Shown: piece after piece, positions 25,824-37,373 of the stretch | Layout: each line of letters begins with the position of its first letter | How positions within the stretch are numbered: the first letter of the stretch is position 1 | Origin: Massalongia carnosa | Taxonomy: Eukaryota | Assembly: GCA_965645245.1 (NCBI GenBank) | Contig: OZ287070.1 | Span: forward strand, 930,001 to 994,000 | DNA: 64,000 nucleotides | Direction of reading: 5' to 3' | Made by a program: the position numbers and the translations under genes | Notes under the pieces: generated by a model | Told to the model about the DNA's origin: nothing | Databases searched by the model: none | The model's input: the letters and a program-made list of their open reading frames with translations, nothing else

Positions 25824-26533
25824 ATGGCCAACTATCTCGCCTCCATCTTCGGGACTGAACAAGACAAAGTCAACTGCTCTTTCTACTACAAAATCGGCGC
25901 CTGCCGCCATAGTGACCGCTGCTCCCGAAAACATGTCAAGCCCTCGTACTCGCAAACAATCCTCCTCCCCAACCTTTACCAAAACCCCGCATTCGACCCT
26001 AAGACTAAGATGAACGCTTCGCAGCTGCAGAATCACTTTGACGCGTTCTACGAAGACTTTTGGTGCGAGATGTGCAAGTATGGCGAGCCGGAGGAAGTTG
26101 TTGTGTGCGGAAATACCAATGATCGTAAGATTTGCATTCCCTCCCCCCAGCTCAGGATCGTCCCCATCTTCAGCGTCCTACATGCTAATCGCCCTCCCAA
26201 ATAGATCTGATCGGCAACGTCTACGCGCGCTTCAAATACGAAGACTCGGCCCAAAACGCCTGCGACGCCCTCAACAGCCGTTGGTATGCCGCACGTCCTA
26301 TTTACTGCGAGCTTTCACCCGTGACCGACTTCCGGGAAGCCTGCTGCCGGCTGAACAGCGGCGAGGGCTGTGTGCGTGGCGGCTTCTGCAATTTCATCCA
26401 TCGGAAGGAGCCAAGTCCGGAGCTGGAGCGTGAGTTGGAGCTCGGGACAAAGAAATGGTTGCGCGCGCGAGGACGAGATCAGCGAAGTATGAGCCGGACG
26501 CCGAGTCCGGAGCCGACGAGGAAGAGGTATTGA
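25824..26533 (+). CDS. U2AF1: U2 snRNP auxiliary factor small subunit (U2AF35/U2AF23), 2 exons
   Basis: MANYLASIFGTEQDKVNCSFYYKIGACRH..., UHM segment HLIGNVYARF, second CCCH finger DFREACCR...CVRGGFCNFIH. Intron 26125..26204. Confidence 0.97.
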
Positions 26534-26738
26534 GGATTTGGCGGGTTTGGAAGGGGAACAGGATGGGATTGGGGAAGGAAGATTTACTGAAGCTTTGGAA
26601 GTGGTTTTAGGAGAGGGAAAGATGTGGGTTCCCAATCTTTTGAAACTCAGAAGCGAGCAATACCAGGTTGACAGCCCCGGGGAAAACAGTAGGCGTTTAT
26701 ACAAGGCGCTTCAAACTTTGTGATCTGTACGATACCAC

Positions 26739-26786
26739 TTGTCAATTGCATATTTTGTCAATTGCATATTTTGTCAATTGCATATT
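26739..26786. repeat. 16-bp unit x3 tandem repeat (TTGTCAATTGCATATT)
   Basis: Three exact copies downstream of U2AF1. Confidence 0.95.
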
Positions 26787-27293
26787 CTCCCGTTCTCACT
26801 TGCCTCCTACATCAAGCTAATCACAATCGCGAATGCTTTCCTACCTAAGCATCCAACTATGCTTGGCTTCAAGCTTGGCGAGCCAGCGTAGCGCCACTCC
26901 GAACTTTAATACCAAGTAACCAGTTCTCAAAGGAGGTTAAACACGCCCTATCAAACCCAGCACAAAAACCTTCTGAGCCTCTACTCGCTTCCGTCCCCCA
27001 GCTTCCAGAGCGGGCTACGATTCGTGCCAACCCCCCCCCCCCGGTCATGGCTACCCGAGTCCTGCGAACCTAAGCCCAAGATCACAAAACTTCGTATCGC
27101 ACCTGCTCCGGTCCACAACCAGAAATCTCGATTCGCCCTCCGTACCTCTCGGAAAAAGCCACTCGCACGCCTCTTAGACCATCCGTCACCCTTGCCGCGT
27201 CGCGAAGAAACCCCGATGCGGAGCAATCGTGCCATGAAGAGATCTGACGACGTGGGAACGGATAGCAGCAGCATTGGCATTCCGTACGCCTAT

Positions 27294-27446
27294 GGGGGGG
27301 GGGGGGGGGGGGGCGCCGCTAGTCCTACGTTCGGTGAATGGCTGAAATAGGGACATGGGTAAGCGGCATGGGGAAGGGGGGAGGGGGGAGGCAAGTCGTG
27401 TTGTTGTTGTTGCTGCTGCTGCTACTGCTGCTGCTGCTGCTGTTGC
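27294..27446. repeat. Poly-G run (about 20 nt) and (GTT)/(GCT) microsatellite
   Basis: G-run at about 27294-27313 and trinucleotide run at about 27399-27446. Confidence 0.9.
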
Positions 27447-28107
27447 TCAGAAAAGGAGAGGCGCTGACTAGGTAAGTAGGTAGGTAGGTAATAAGGTAAT
27501 GAGATAATGAGGAAGCCTGCGAGAAATCCAATGTTGGATTCCGCAAGGCTCATGCTAGGTCATGTAGTTAAAGACCGGTTGTTGGAGAACCTGGAACGTT
27601 GGGGGGCAAAAGCTGGAATGAAGTTCCCTTTTTGGGGTATGGGTTGTTTATGGTGTGGTTTGGGGGTTGGAATGCGAGAAGTCTACTATCGGGTTGGTTG
27701 ATGTCAAGAGTGTGGATTCCTGATGAGACATCATGTATCTAAGGCATGTTCATGCTCATTCAAAGAAATCTGCTCAGGGGGGCGGTCTTTTCAAGATGTC
27801 AACCCCTTTTCGATGAGATGCGAAATTTTAACTCCCGTTCGGCCAACGTCGTTGCATTAGTGACATATCCGGTGGTACAAGGTTGGAATCCTCCTATGGG
27901 AAATGTGAAAGGACATATCAACCGTAAGACTTTGCATGTAAACCTCTAGAAATGAATAGAAACGTTCACATCTTTTCATACGTTTAACGCCAAAAACATG
28001 CCTTTTCCGTGATAGTTGGAATATCTCTTGCTATCAACTCCACAGCTAGCCTAAGCAACCCAAAGAACTCTTAGCGAACCTTCTCGCAAAGAAATAGAGA
28101 AGCTTCC

Positions 28108-29692
28108 TTATTGGCCCATAGGCCTCGAGTACGGGGGTGGTGCTCCTGCCTGCGCTAGTGGGATATCGTTCTGATACTCCGGGGCGACGTACGCACTCTG
28201 GAAATTCTGCGCCGCTGGCGTCTGAAAGACGGCGTTGCGGCGACGGCGACGGCTCTGGAAAAAGCTGGCGATGAGGACTCCGATGCTCACGGCGATGATA
28301 ACGATGGCGTAGCCGATGATATGGCGAGGCACGGACGCGAATTTAAAACCTCTGTTTGGTGGGAGGGAAGAAGGTTAGAGTAACGCGCGTCTGAACAGTA
28401 TGAAAAAGGGACAAAGGGAGGAGCAAAAGGCTTACATGACGCCGTTTACAATACCGAGGCTGATGGCGAGAGGGCCTAGGATTCGATGAATACTAGAAAG
28501 AATTGTGGGTCTTGGGGTTTTCTTGAATGCTCTGTGATGCGCAGCTCCTAGGCTAGCTTGAATGACTATAAGGATCAAGATTGTAAAGCCAATGATTTGG
28601 TGGGATGAGTTGAAGTGCTTTGACTGTGAAAATGTTAGTTGTACGGCTTGGAAGGCCAGTATCATAGCTTAGATGAATGACCCCTTACCCTATTGTACTG
28701 TTTACTGAGGTAGCCACCCACGCCCGCCCCGATAAAGATCAAGAGCACTCCCAACCCTTGGGTCAGCCAATGCAATCGCACGCTCCCGAATATCCTTAGC
28801 CACACCGCTCCCAGCGGAAACAGCAGAACAAATGTCCCGACCATGAACACCGCATGCGCCAAGTTCCCATAATCATGATCGTCTGTGCTTTTGCCCACTT
28901 CGGAGGCGCCATCAGACTTGAGGCTCGGGTGGAAAATATCAGGGTCGCCTTGTGCGTGTTGCAGGTCGATCTGAAACCTGCCATAGTAATCATGCCTTCG
29001 CAAACCGGCATCGCCTTTATCGCTGCTGAGTTCTACATCGTTGGGACCCACCGCATACATCATTTTCTGCGTGGTTTCGTTGACATTGATGGATCCTCCT
29101 TTCCATTCGCGACAGTTGGAGCATTTCCAATGTGCAACATATCGGCCGTCGCTTATACCTGAATCATCGAATGAGGTGATGGTTCGATTACTTTGCAGCG
29201 AAGGTTCGGAATTGCCGTCAGCAGATCTCGCACTAATGGTCACATCTTGGAAATATTAATATTGTCCCCTTTTCTACCACCAAGGACGGCAGTCTTACTC
29301 TTTCCGTTATGGCTTGGGTATACGATAAACATGAAAGAGTCTTTCATCTCATCCCCAAAGCCCACAGCTAGCAAGCGATTAGTCCAAGGATTTCTCCCAT
29401 TCTTTTCAATGTGCCATACCTATCCATGACTTGCCGATTGGGCCAGACAGGTAATAGAACAAATCACCAGAGGACGGAGAGGAGGGGAGGCATATAGCAA
29501 ATGTGAGATTGTTATGAGAATCTCCTCCGGTGACAAAAGTTGATTGACCTTTGCCATTACCCTCGTCGTCGGCCGAGGTCAGTCTAGCTGCACAAACGTC
29601 AGTATGTAGCTCTTGACCGTTTAATTGAATCGTTACTGGTAGTACGTGCTAGCAAGGATCCAGAATAAGACGTAATTTATGATTCGGAACAT
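28108..29692 (-). CDS. DOMON (CDH cytochrome-like) and cytochrome b561 membrane protein, multi-exon
   Basis: Signal peptide MFRIINYVLFWILA. DOMON-like segments W|LAVGFGDEMKDSFMFIVY, CSNCREW and LRRHDYYGRF. b561 histidine motifs AHAVFM, LHWLTQ, HQIIG and IHRILG. Confidence 0.85.
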
Positions 29693-30181
29693 TGTGCATG
29701 TATTGCTCGTCGTTGTTTGTCCTTCGGTCTTCACATCTGTTATCCTTCGTGAGCGTGGTGAAAAGCACCAAATATACAACAACTAAATCTAATTTCAGGG
29801 AGCCTTGGAAGAAATCGCGCTGCGCCTACGGAGTACTGGATGTGATTGTTGTATCGGCAAGGCATTGATGGAAAAGATCTCAGGGGACGACGGCTTCTTG
29901 GCGGTCATTGGTTAGGCACACCTAGGTATGTATGCCTACTTTTAGTCATGCTTTTATGTCTCAAGATGCGCGGTAGAAATCCCTTCTTTCTGACTGAACT
30001 CATGATGTAGAATTCATGTTCTTAGACTTCATCGTCAAAGTCATCAGCCCCTAGAGCCATCTAGTCATTGGATTTCCCTCTGTTAGTCACGCTGAACAAT
30101 GGCTCCCCTCCCACTGATCAACCAGTTGAACGCCTAATTTTCATAAGGTATTGAGCATCTACTGTCTGCTATCACCGCCGC

Positions 30182-31214
30182 TTAAAACCATGCCAATGTC
30201 CATAGTGCCGGTAGGTGCGGCCATCTCTCTTGCCATTCCGCCAAAACTTCTGGTACTCGGGTTTCAAAACTACCGTCTCCTTCTGTGGTACCCCCGCGCC
30301 ATCCTTTTCCTTCCCTTTCCACTCTCGCAGCTTCGTTCAGCGAGTCCGCCAAATCCAGGATTGCTTTGCCCCCTACAAGAGCCTCCTCGTGATTATCCTT
30401 AATATCCACATTGATCACATGCACCGGTTTGTTCAAGGGGCTTCCTCTTTCCAACAAGTTGTCCACAACCGCATCCCAGCAGCGTTCTTCGCACGTAATC
30501 ACTACGTCCACCACCCCTCCTTCCGCACCCTTGCTGCCTCGGTCTTCCTTGTGCTCCAGGCGTGGTCTTCCGATGGGCCAATCTTGCCACCGCTCCGGAC
30601 CCCACTTAACGGAGCGGTTGCGGTCCAGCATATTTAGTAGGCCGTTGGCCCGGTAAAGACGAGGGTCTTTGGAAGAAAGCTCAGTGTACATTTGCGAGTA
30701 GGACGTGCTGTTGAAGGGATAGACGTTCGGCTGAGTAATGGATGGCCCGGGCAGGCGGACCAGGGAGCCAGTCCCAAAGGAAATGACCGGGTAAGACGCC
30801 AACGAGAGGCGGAGGTGTGCTTCCATAGATCTGTGAGTGGATGTCTTAGTTGTCGGTAGGATCGAAGATCATAGCTTCCAACTTCCGACTAGATTCCAGC
30901 ACTTGGGCAGATCATCAAAGTAACTTTCACGCCTTTCACTTGCATTCATAAATTTCACCAGTCACTCGTCTAGAGAATACTATCACAGGTTGTGGTCATG
31001 GGCGTACAAGAACTTACCGATTTTGGTTGCTCGCACATACGGTGCAGAACTTCAATTTAAACCCCCCCTCTTCCTGGATAGCAGGGTTCGACGCCATTCC
31101 ATCATCGGCCCCATCATATGCTGATATGGGCGGTGGAGGTGGAGGAGGAGGGGGCTGAGGCGGTGTTGATATACGCGGAGCCGCGCGTGCTAGTCGAGGA
31201 TCTGTCGCCATCAT
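30182..31214 (-). CDS. SSU72: RNA polymerase II CTD phosphatase Ssu72, 2 exons
   Basis: Catalytic CX5R motif [17 protein letters not shown], plus [14 protein letters not shown] and [12 protein letters not shown]. Intron 30831..31017. Confidence 0.96.
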
Positions 31215-31796
31215 GCGAGAATGATATATGGATGGTGCCGTAGGGAGCGTCAAACGTCAAACGGCGATGGGCACCCGAGAGGATCAGGAGAGGTCACCTA
31301 ATTACGGGCATTCTGGTCAGCGCGCTAAGTAGGCGAAAAGCAAGTTTCATGATTGAACGATTCTTTTCAAAATGTCAGAACTGATTGCGTATGATTGATC
31401 TCCTCATTCCCAAAGGATAGGACAGCTCCAATAAATTTGACGTCATCTTTCACAGGTAGGTATCTAATGAGAGGTCCAGAATCTTACCTCAACATCTTTT
31501 CCTACACATCAAGTTGGCTGACAGTCACAAGTCCACCAAGATGACTGCAGGAATTTTTGAAATTGGTGTTAGAAAACGTTCTTCCATGCATGGAGTATAC
31601 GGAGTATGAGAGTCACGTTCCCGAAATCTCTCAGTTTGTTCCTAAAATACGGTATGGCTAGCCGAGTGGCCAGCTGCCGCCATACCGCAACGAGCCCTTG
31701 GCGACAATCTGAAACGTCGTTTTGCCGTTTTCACTAAATTACAGTACTCTGTACAGAGTATAGTACGGATTGTAGAGCAGGACGGAGCACTTCGTT

Positions 31797-31907
31797 GTAC
31801 TCGGTACTCGGTACTCGGTACTCGGTACTCGGTACTCAGTACTCGGTACTCGGTACTCGATACTCTTCTGTACTGACTACTCTGTACTGACTACTCTGTA
31901 CTGACTA
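31797..31907. repeat. (GTACTCG) x about 9.8 followed by (TCTGTACTGACTAC) x about 3
   Basis: Directly visible heptamer and 14-mer tandem arrays in the divergent SSU72/NBP2 intergenic region. Confidence 0.95.
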
Positions 31908-33319
31908 GCCTTACGAATGAATCTAGACCCTGGAGAAACTCACACATGACATCCCGTGGATAGGAGTCCGTTTTACTTTTCCCTCTGCCTATCGCCGATC
32001 ACTAGACCTGAATTACCGAGGTATCTAGATGACCTGGAACAAATGATATCCTCATGATATCGAGCATGGCATGCCGGTTGACAGAGTGTGCAAGTGCCGT
32101 CAATGGGCTCGGAGTGCCCAACGTCGTCCGAAACCCTGATGGTACAGAGTACAAGGACCCTAATGAGACCAGAAGCACCCATAAATAACCCTGTTGACCA
32201 CCGGCAAGACCACCGTTCCCGAAGAACATCCCTTTCGCCACCGAATAAGGGCGAAATACCAGGCAGAAGTGTACAGAAGGAGAAGGAACTGTTCGTGTCC
32301 TCTATAGGGTACGTTCCACCACACTCGGCGCTATACTCTGCATTCTCTCCTCTCTGTACTCCGTACGCGATCATTACCGTACAAACCAAAACACCCCAGT
32401 TAGCGCAGTATATAAACAACCCTAACGTATCGTCTTGCATGGAAGTCCAGTCGATCATATACCAAAAATAACTTCTCGTTTGACAAGGTTACGGCGATTT
32501 CCTCATGCCCTCTTGCTTTCTTTGTATTATTTTTATTTCCATGTACTATCGACTCTATATCATCATTTCAGTAGTTCCTCGTCGACTATAACCAAAAAAA
32601 AACTTATAGAAGAACTTAATCATCATAAAACCAGTTCGATTGAATTGACTAAAACCTCAGGGAGAAGCTTGTCGATTTTTTTGGTCCAAGGTAGTTGCAG
32701 AGTGGCCTGCACTGAGACAACATATACGCTGACAAGAATCTGTCCTAGCGATTGAGACACCCAGTCGCGACCCGTTCCAAAGCCCGCCTCAACCCTCCCA
32801 CTCTCCCCAGGACTTGCATACTCCAAGCGCCGGATCCATCAATCGGTCCTTTGGAGTGTCCCCTGCCAACCTCGAGACTTGAATTGTACCAACACCTGAA
32901 AAAAACCGCCCGCAAGGCCACTAGCTTTAGACCGACATCCGTGAACGTTGTGTTCCCTCCTACTCCTGGATCATCGCTGTCGTGATAGCGGATTGATCTT
33001 GGGCCCATTTCGGGGTCAGCAGGGACTGTCATATGTGGTCTATTTGTTGTATAAGGTACTCATCTATTTGCGCTTGTTAGTTTCCATTGGGAATAAGGTA
33101 AGGGAAAATCCCTGGACTACCTTCTTAGTTGCGATATAATAGGTATGGTGCTCATGCTAAACTCGATATTCCTGTGGAAGTCAGCTTTAATATTCGAAGC
33201 CGGGCTTCAACATATTCTACAAAAACGTCCAATTTTATCCCAATTTTCACGACCTGAACGAAACCTGTGGACGACGGCACGAGAGATAATTACTCAATCT
33301 TAAGACGACAACGACGACC

Positions 33320-34939
33320 ATGACGGCTGTTCTTTCTCCTTCACCATCTCCTACTTCGTCTTCGCATCGAGCTCAGTCTTCGCCAGGCAATCCCAATTCT
33401 TCAGCACTTCCACCGCTGGTCACTAATCATCCAACAAGACGATCAGTCCTTCAACGGCCACCATCGTACGCCAGGAACCGCATGTCGACATATTCAACAA
33501 CTTCAAACCATTCGCAAAATCGATCACGACCGCCATCGCATGCCTTCCCTACTTTCCATTCCAGTCTCCCGTACGCGTTGGTCCGAGATTTTGCCTACCC
33601 GATCAGCAACCCGTATCATTACGGCCCTCCGGCTGAAACATCCGGAAATCCGTCGGGGAATTCCACACCGGCCAGCGAATTTCACCGTAGATTATCAGAC
33701 CCGTCCACGACAACATGGGATGGCGCAAACCCTCAATGGCCGGCGGGGCCTTGGGGCGGTGATGCCTTTTTCGCAAGTCAGCCGCTTCCTCAGATGGCTT
33801 ATGGGGACGGCCCACCCTACAGCGAGGATGAAGATTTACATAGTCCAGTAGTGGTTAGCTCGCGTCATAAAAAGTCTAAATCGACGTTCACCAACTTTAG
33901 TGGAAGTGGTCGCCCAGGTCGGAGCCCAGGATTGGGAAATGAGGGGCGCGGTGAGGTCCCCGGCTCCGCTAGTCATGATAAGGGTCGAGGCTATTTTGCC
34001 GTCACAAATGGAGACGGCAGTGAAACGTATTATATCAACGAAACCGATGAAAACGCAGATTGTCCAGGGGCGGGGTTGGTGACATATCCACCTAATCCGG
34101 CGCTGCAGTCACTGCTAGCTCCAAACACCTATGCGATCCCAGGACAACGGGACTCCCATTTCGCAACCACGCTGCCGAGCAGGTCGTACTCGCAAGAGCC
34201 TCAGGAAGAAGAGGGAGCCAATGAAATCTCGTTCCAATCCAGAGACTCTCGATACTCGAAGGATTATCAATTCACCATTGTATCTCCTGATGAAGAGATG
34301 CACGGCAAGGCCGTTGCGCTTTTTGACTTTGCCCGTGAGAACGAAAACGAACTTCCGCTGATCGAAGGCCAAGTGATCTGGGTCTCGTACCGTCACGGAC
34401 AAGGTTGGCTCGTTGCCGAAGACCCCAAGACCCGAGAGTCGGGGCTTGTTCCGGAAGAATACGTGCGCCTGTTGCGCGATATCGAAGGCGGATTGACTTC
34501 CCTTAGCGGCGAGCAGCCAATCGAAGAGAAGAGCGGTCCGTCTCCCATATCCTCCGGCCCGGACTCGGCCTCGACCCCGACGCAAACGGAACCAGGACGC
34601 ACAACCACGCACTCGGCAAATTCCAGCAACGGCAGCAACGCCGTAGCAGCATCGGAGAAGCATCCTCCGATCGTCAGCACCTTTTCCACCAGCAGCAAGG
34701 ATCTAAGCCCCTATCCGCATCGTCTCTTAGGCTCGCAAGCAGGACAAGCGCCCCCGCACGTGGTGCATTATGGCAGTCAATCCAGCACGCCCACCCTTGC
34801 GAGCGGCCCTCAGGACTTTCAGAGAGGTTCCGGGGAGCTGAAGGGCTTGTCGATGCATCCGAAAGAGGTGGATGAGGAGGAGGGCAGAGGGATCCGACCG
34901 GCAGAGATAAAAAGCGACGAGGATGAGCGCACACGGTAG
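33320..34939 (+). CDS. NBP2: SH3-domain adaptor protein, Nbp2-like
   Basis: Single SH3 domain KAVALFDFARENENELPLIEGQVIWVSYRHGQGWLVAED...GLVPEEYV and the N-terminal VRDFAYP motif typical of fungal Nbp2 homologues. Confidence 0.8.
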   Translation: MTAVLSPSPSPTSSSHRAQSSPGNPNSSALPPLVTNHPTRRSVLQRPPSYARNRMSTYSTTSNHSQNRSRPPSHAFPTFHSSLPYALVRDFAYPISNPYHYGPPAETSGNPSGNSTPASEFHRRLSDPSTTTWDGANPQWPAGPWGGDAFFASQPLPQMAYGDGPPYSEDEDLHSPVVVSSRHKKSKSTFTNFSGSGRPGRSPGLGNEGRGEVPGSASHDKGRGYFAVTNGDGSETYYINETDENADCPGAGLVTYPPNPALQSLLAPNTYAIPGQRDSHFATTLPSRSYSQEPQEEEGANEISFQSRDSRYSKDYQFTIVSPDEEMHGKAVALFDFARENENELPLIEGQVIWVSYRHGQGWLVAEDPKTRESGLVPEEYVRLLRDIEGGLTSLSGEQPIEEKSGPSPISSGPDSASTPTQTEPGRTTTHSANSSNGSNAVAASEKHPPIVSTFSTSSKDLSPYPHRLLGSQAGQAPPHVVHYGSQSSTPTLASGPQDFQRGSGELKGLSMHPKEVDEEEGRGIRPAEIKSDEDERTR

Positions 34940-35331
34940 CATTAGGGGTGTTTCGTGGGGAGGAAGGGAGGCTTGATTTTTCGGACACCCATTCGTATTT
35001 TTGCGTTTCTGAGATACCCCCTTGAACAACCCCCCCTCCCCGCAACCTTCGATTTGCCTGTTCCTCTTGGCAAGATCCCCCGGAATGAATCTAGGGTTCT
35101 CATTCAATCAATCAATCTTCCATCCATCCATTTTGTGAATACCAACGATAATGATAATGATGATTCTACTCCCTAGCCGTTCCGTCTCCCTCCTCTCCGC
35201 TTCTTTGCCAACTGCTATATCTACAAAGATTTTTTTTTTTTTACAAAACAAAAAAAGGAAGGGCAGTTTGCATTGCGGTTTGTAGTCATAACCGCCGGGG
35301 ACATATCCACCTACACTACCAGATCCGTGTC

Positions 35332-35518
35332 ATATTACCCAACATTACAGCACGGGTCACCTTGGGTAATGATGTGGGTAATAATTACCCAACTTTAAGT
35401 TTAACGTCCAATATTACCCAACGTTACAGCACCGTCGCCTCGGGTAATGATGTGGGTAATGGTTACCCAACTTTAAGTTTAACATCCCATATTACCCAAC
35501 GTTACAGCACCGTCACCT
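35332..35518. repeat. Subterminal tandem repeat (unit about 79 bp, about 2.3 copies) of the CACTA element
   Basis: ATTACCCAAC(A/G)TTACAGCAC...GGGTAATGATGTGGGTAAT...TTACCCAACTTTAAGTTTAAC is repeated. Confidence 0.9.
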
Positions 35519-35706
35519 CCCTCCTCTCCCGACAAGCCAGAACGCGCTATTGTTTAATTTGCTTTTAATTTCCCAGATCCTGTCTTGAAGAAAATATTCT
35601 CCTTGCTTTCTCATCCTTCCATCTCTCGCAACCTCTTCCCTCTTCACAACCTCTTCTATCTTCCATCTCTTTCATCATTTGTTTCTATCTTTACACTCAA
35701 TCAACA

Positions 35707-37373
35707 ATGGCTCCTCCCAATATTCATAAGCGAAAAGCAGTAAGATCTATTCCGACCAGGTCATATCGTAATTGCCTTCCGCATCAAAAACATCTGGCTC
35801 TCACCTGCTTAGTATCTACACTGGCAATTTGCGCCCATGCATGTCCCTGTCTCTTAGTCCGTACAGACTATGCTTCTACGATATGATATAAATAATATTA
35901 CATGTGGCCGGTGCAGATGCCAAGCAGGTGGTGTTTCTGATGCGGTAGGAAATCATAACATGACCTAACGGTTTTTTCAGCCATTATCATATATTGATCT
36001 TTGACTATTTAGACTCATGCTGGCCTGAACAATCTAGAGCTTTCAAATACGGCACCTTCAATGCGAAATGGAGACCCTTCGGCTTCTTTGGAGACCGGTA
36101 CATCCGCATGGGACCTAGCCCTGGCAAGAATCATTTCCATGTTGATATAAGTAATTTACCATTCTAATTAAATTGTTAAAGGCACTTCTCTGGGTAATGC
36201 GCCGTCATCGTCGTTTTCAAATAACCCGCATCCTCGATCAGCAACCGACTCTACGCGATTACCGCTTGCTACGCAAGGTCCTGTATTTACATCAGAGCAA
36301 GCCGCTATCTTTCGATCAATTCAACGGGAAGATCCTTTGGATCACGACCTTGTCGAAACTTTTATCAAGGTATGGCATGAACTTGTTGCCTCTCTTAATA
36401 TGTATGTAATCGCACACATCAATGTCTCATGTTTTATTTAGAACATGCTTTTTAAAGATACATATTAGAGTTCCACGGGGTATCAACTAGCATCTATATA
36501 CAAGCTTCAGTTGCAAAATAGGAAGGAGATCACACGGATTAAAAAGGAAGCCAAATCTATAAAATATGCCACAGAGCTACGGGCGGTTTGTGTAATCTTT
36601 CAGCATAATACTTGTGGCTCATGTTTGCAGATAATCAGACCCATAATACGCCGACGCTTAACTTTGGAACGATACAAAGAAAGCACATGGAGCGATCCCA
36701 AGCAAGTATTAGTACGTTATCGTCAGGCTCGTTTGGTATTCCATAGCTAATACTATCGTTAAGACCTCATTACGAGGTCATTTTCCTTCCGACCTAATAC
36801 TTCTAGACAATGCTGTCGCTTTAGTGGGGAAAGTCCGCATAGAGGAAAAGGCTAAACTAAAGGAACGACTCCTCAAGTGTCAAGATGTTGTCGATAAACC
36901 TTTTGCGGATTTGCCGAATGCCTAAGGTCAGAAGAGGACTCGGAGATCAAATATGTGGACAATGATATGTCTATGTGGGAAGCAGCAGCTTGTTGGGTAG
37001 GCTTCCCTTCATATTGTTGTCTTGCATCTTGTTTATTGCAAAAGCTAATATCAATGAATGATAGAGATATGTTGTTCTTGAGCAGATGGAAAAGAAAGAA
37101 GGAAGTTTCTGGTTCCAGGTTGATAAGATTTTGATGAATATAGACGCAGACTGGTACGTCAAACTGAATAACTCTTATCTTTTCTGTGGTAGAGTTTCTT
37201 CATGAACTAATTTGAACAGGGACTTTTATACTCCTGACGTATTAGAGTATGGTCTTGCGTCTCTAAGTGACGGCTTAACTTTGGCTCAAAATCCCACTCT
37301 CGATACTGCTTTGGATTCGAATAATACAACACCGCTGGCAGAGGATGAAGATAACGATAATTCTACTGAATAA
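35707..37373 (+). pseudogene. Degenerate multi-exon gene inside the CACTA element
   Basis: ATG at 35707, several GT...branch...AG introns and coding-like exons (IIRPIIRRRLTLERYKESTWSDPKQVL; TSLRGHFPSDLILLDNAVALVGKVRIEEKAKLKERLLKC), with in-frame stops and an acidic tail ending at TAA 37373. Confidence 0.5.

Noticed and set aside
30831..31017. snoRNA in the relatively long SSU72 intron
   Set aside because: A TGATGA box C-like word is present on the sense strand, but there is no downstream CTGA box D or terminal stem.
35332..35518. Repeat array superficially like a CRISPR
   Set aside because: Eukaryotic context, no unique spacers and no cas genes; explained as CACTA subterminal repeats.
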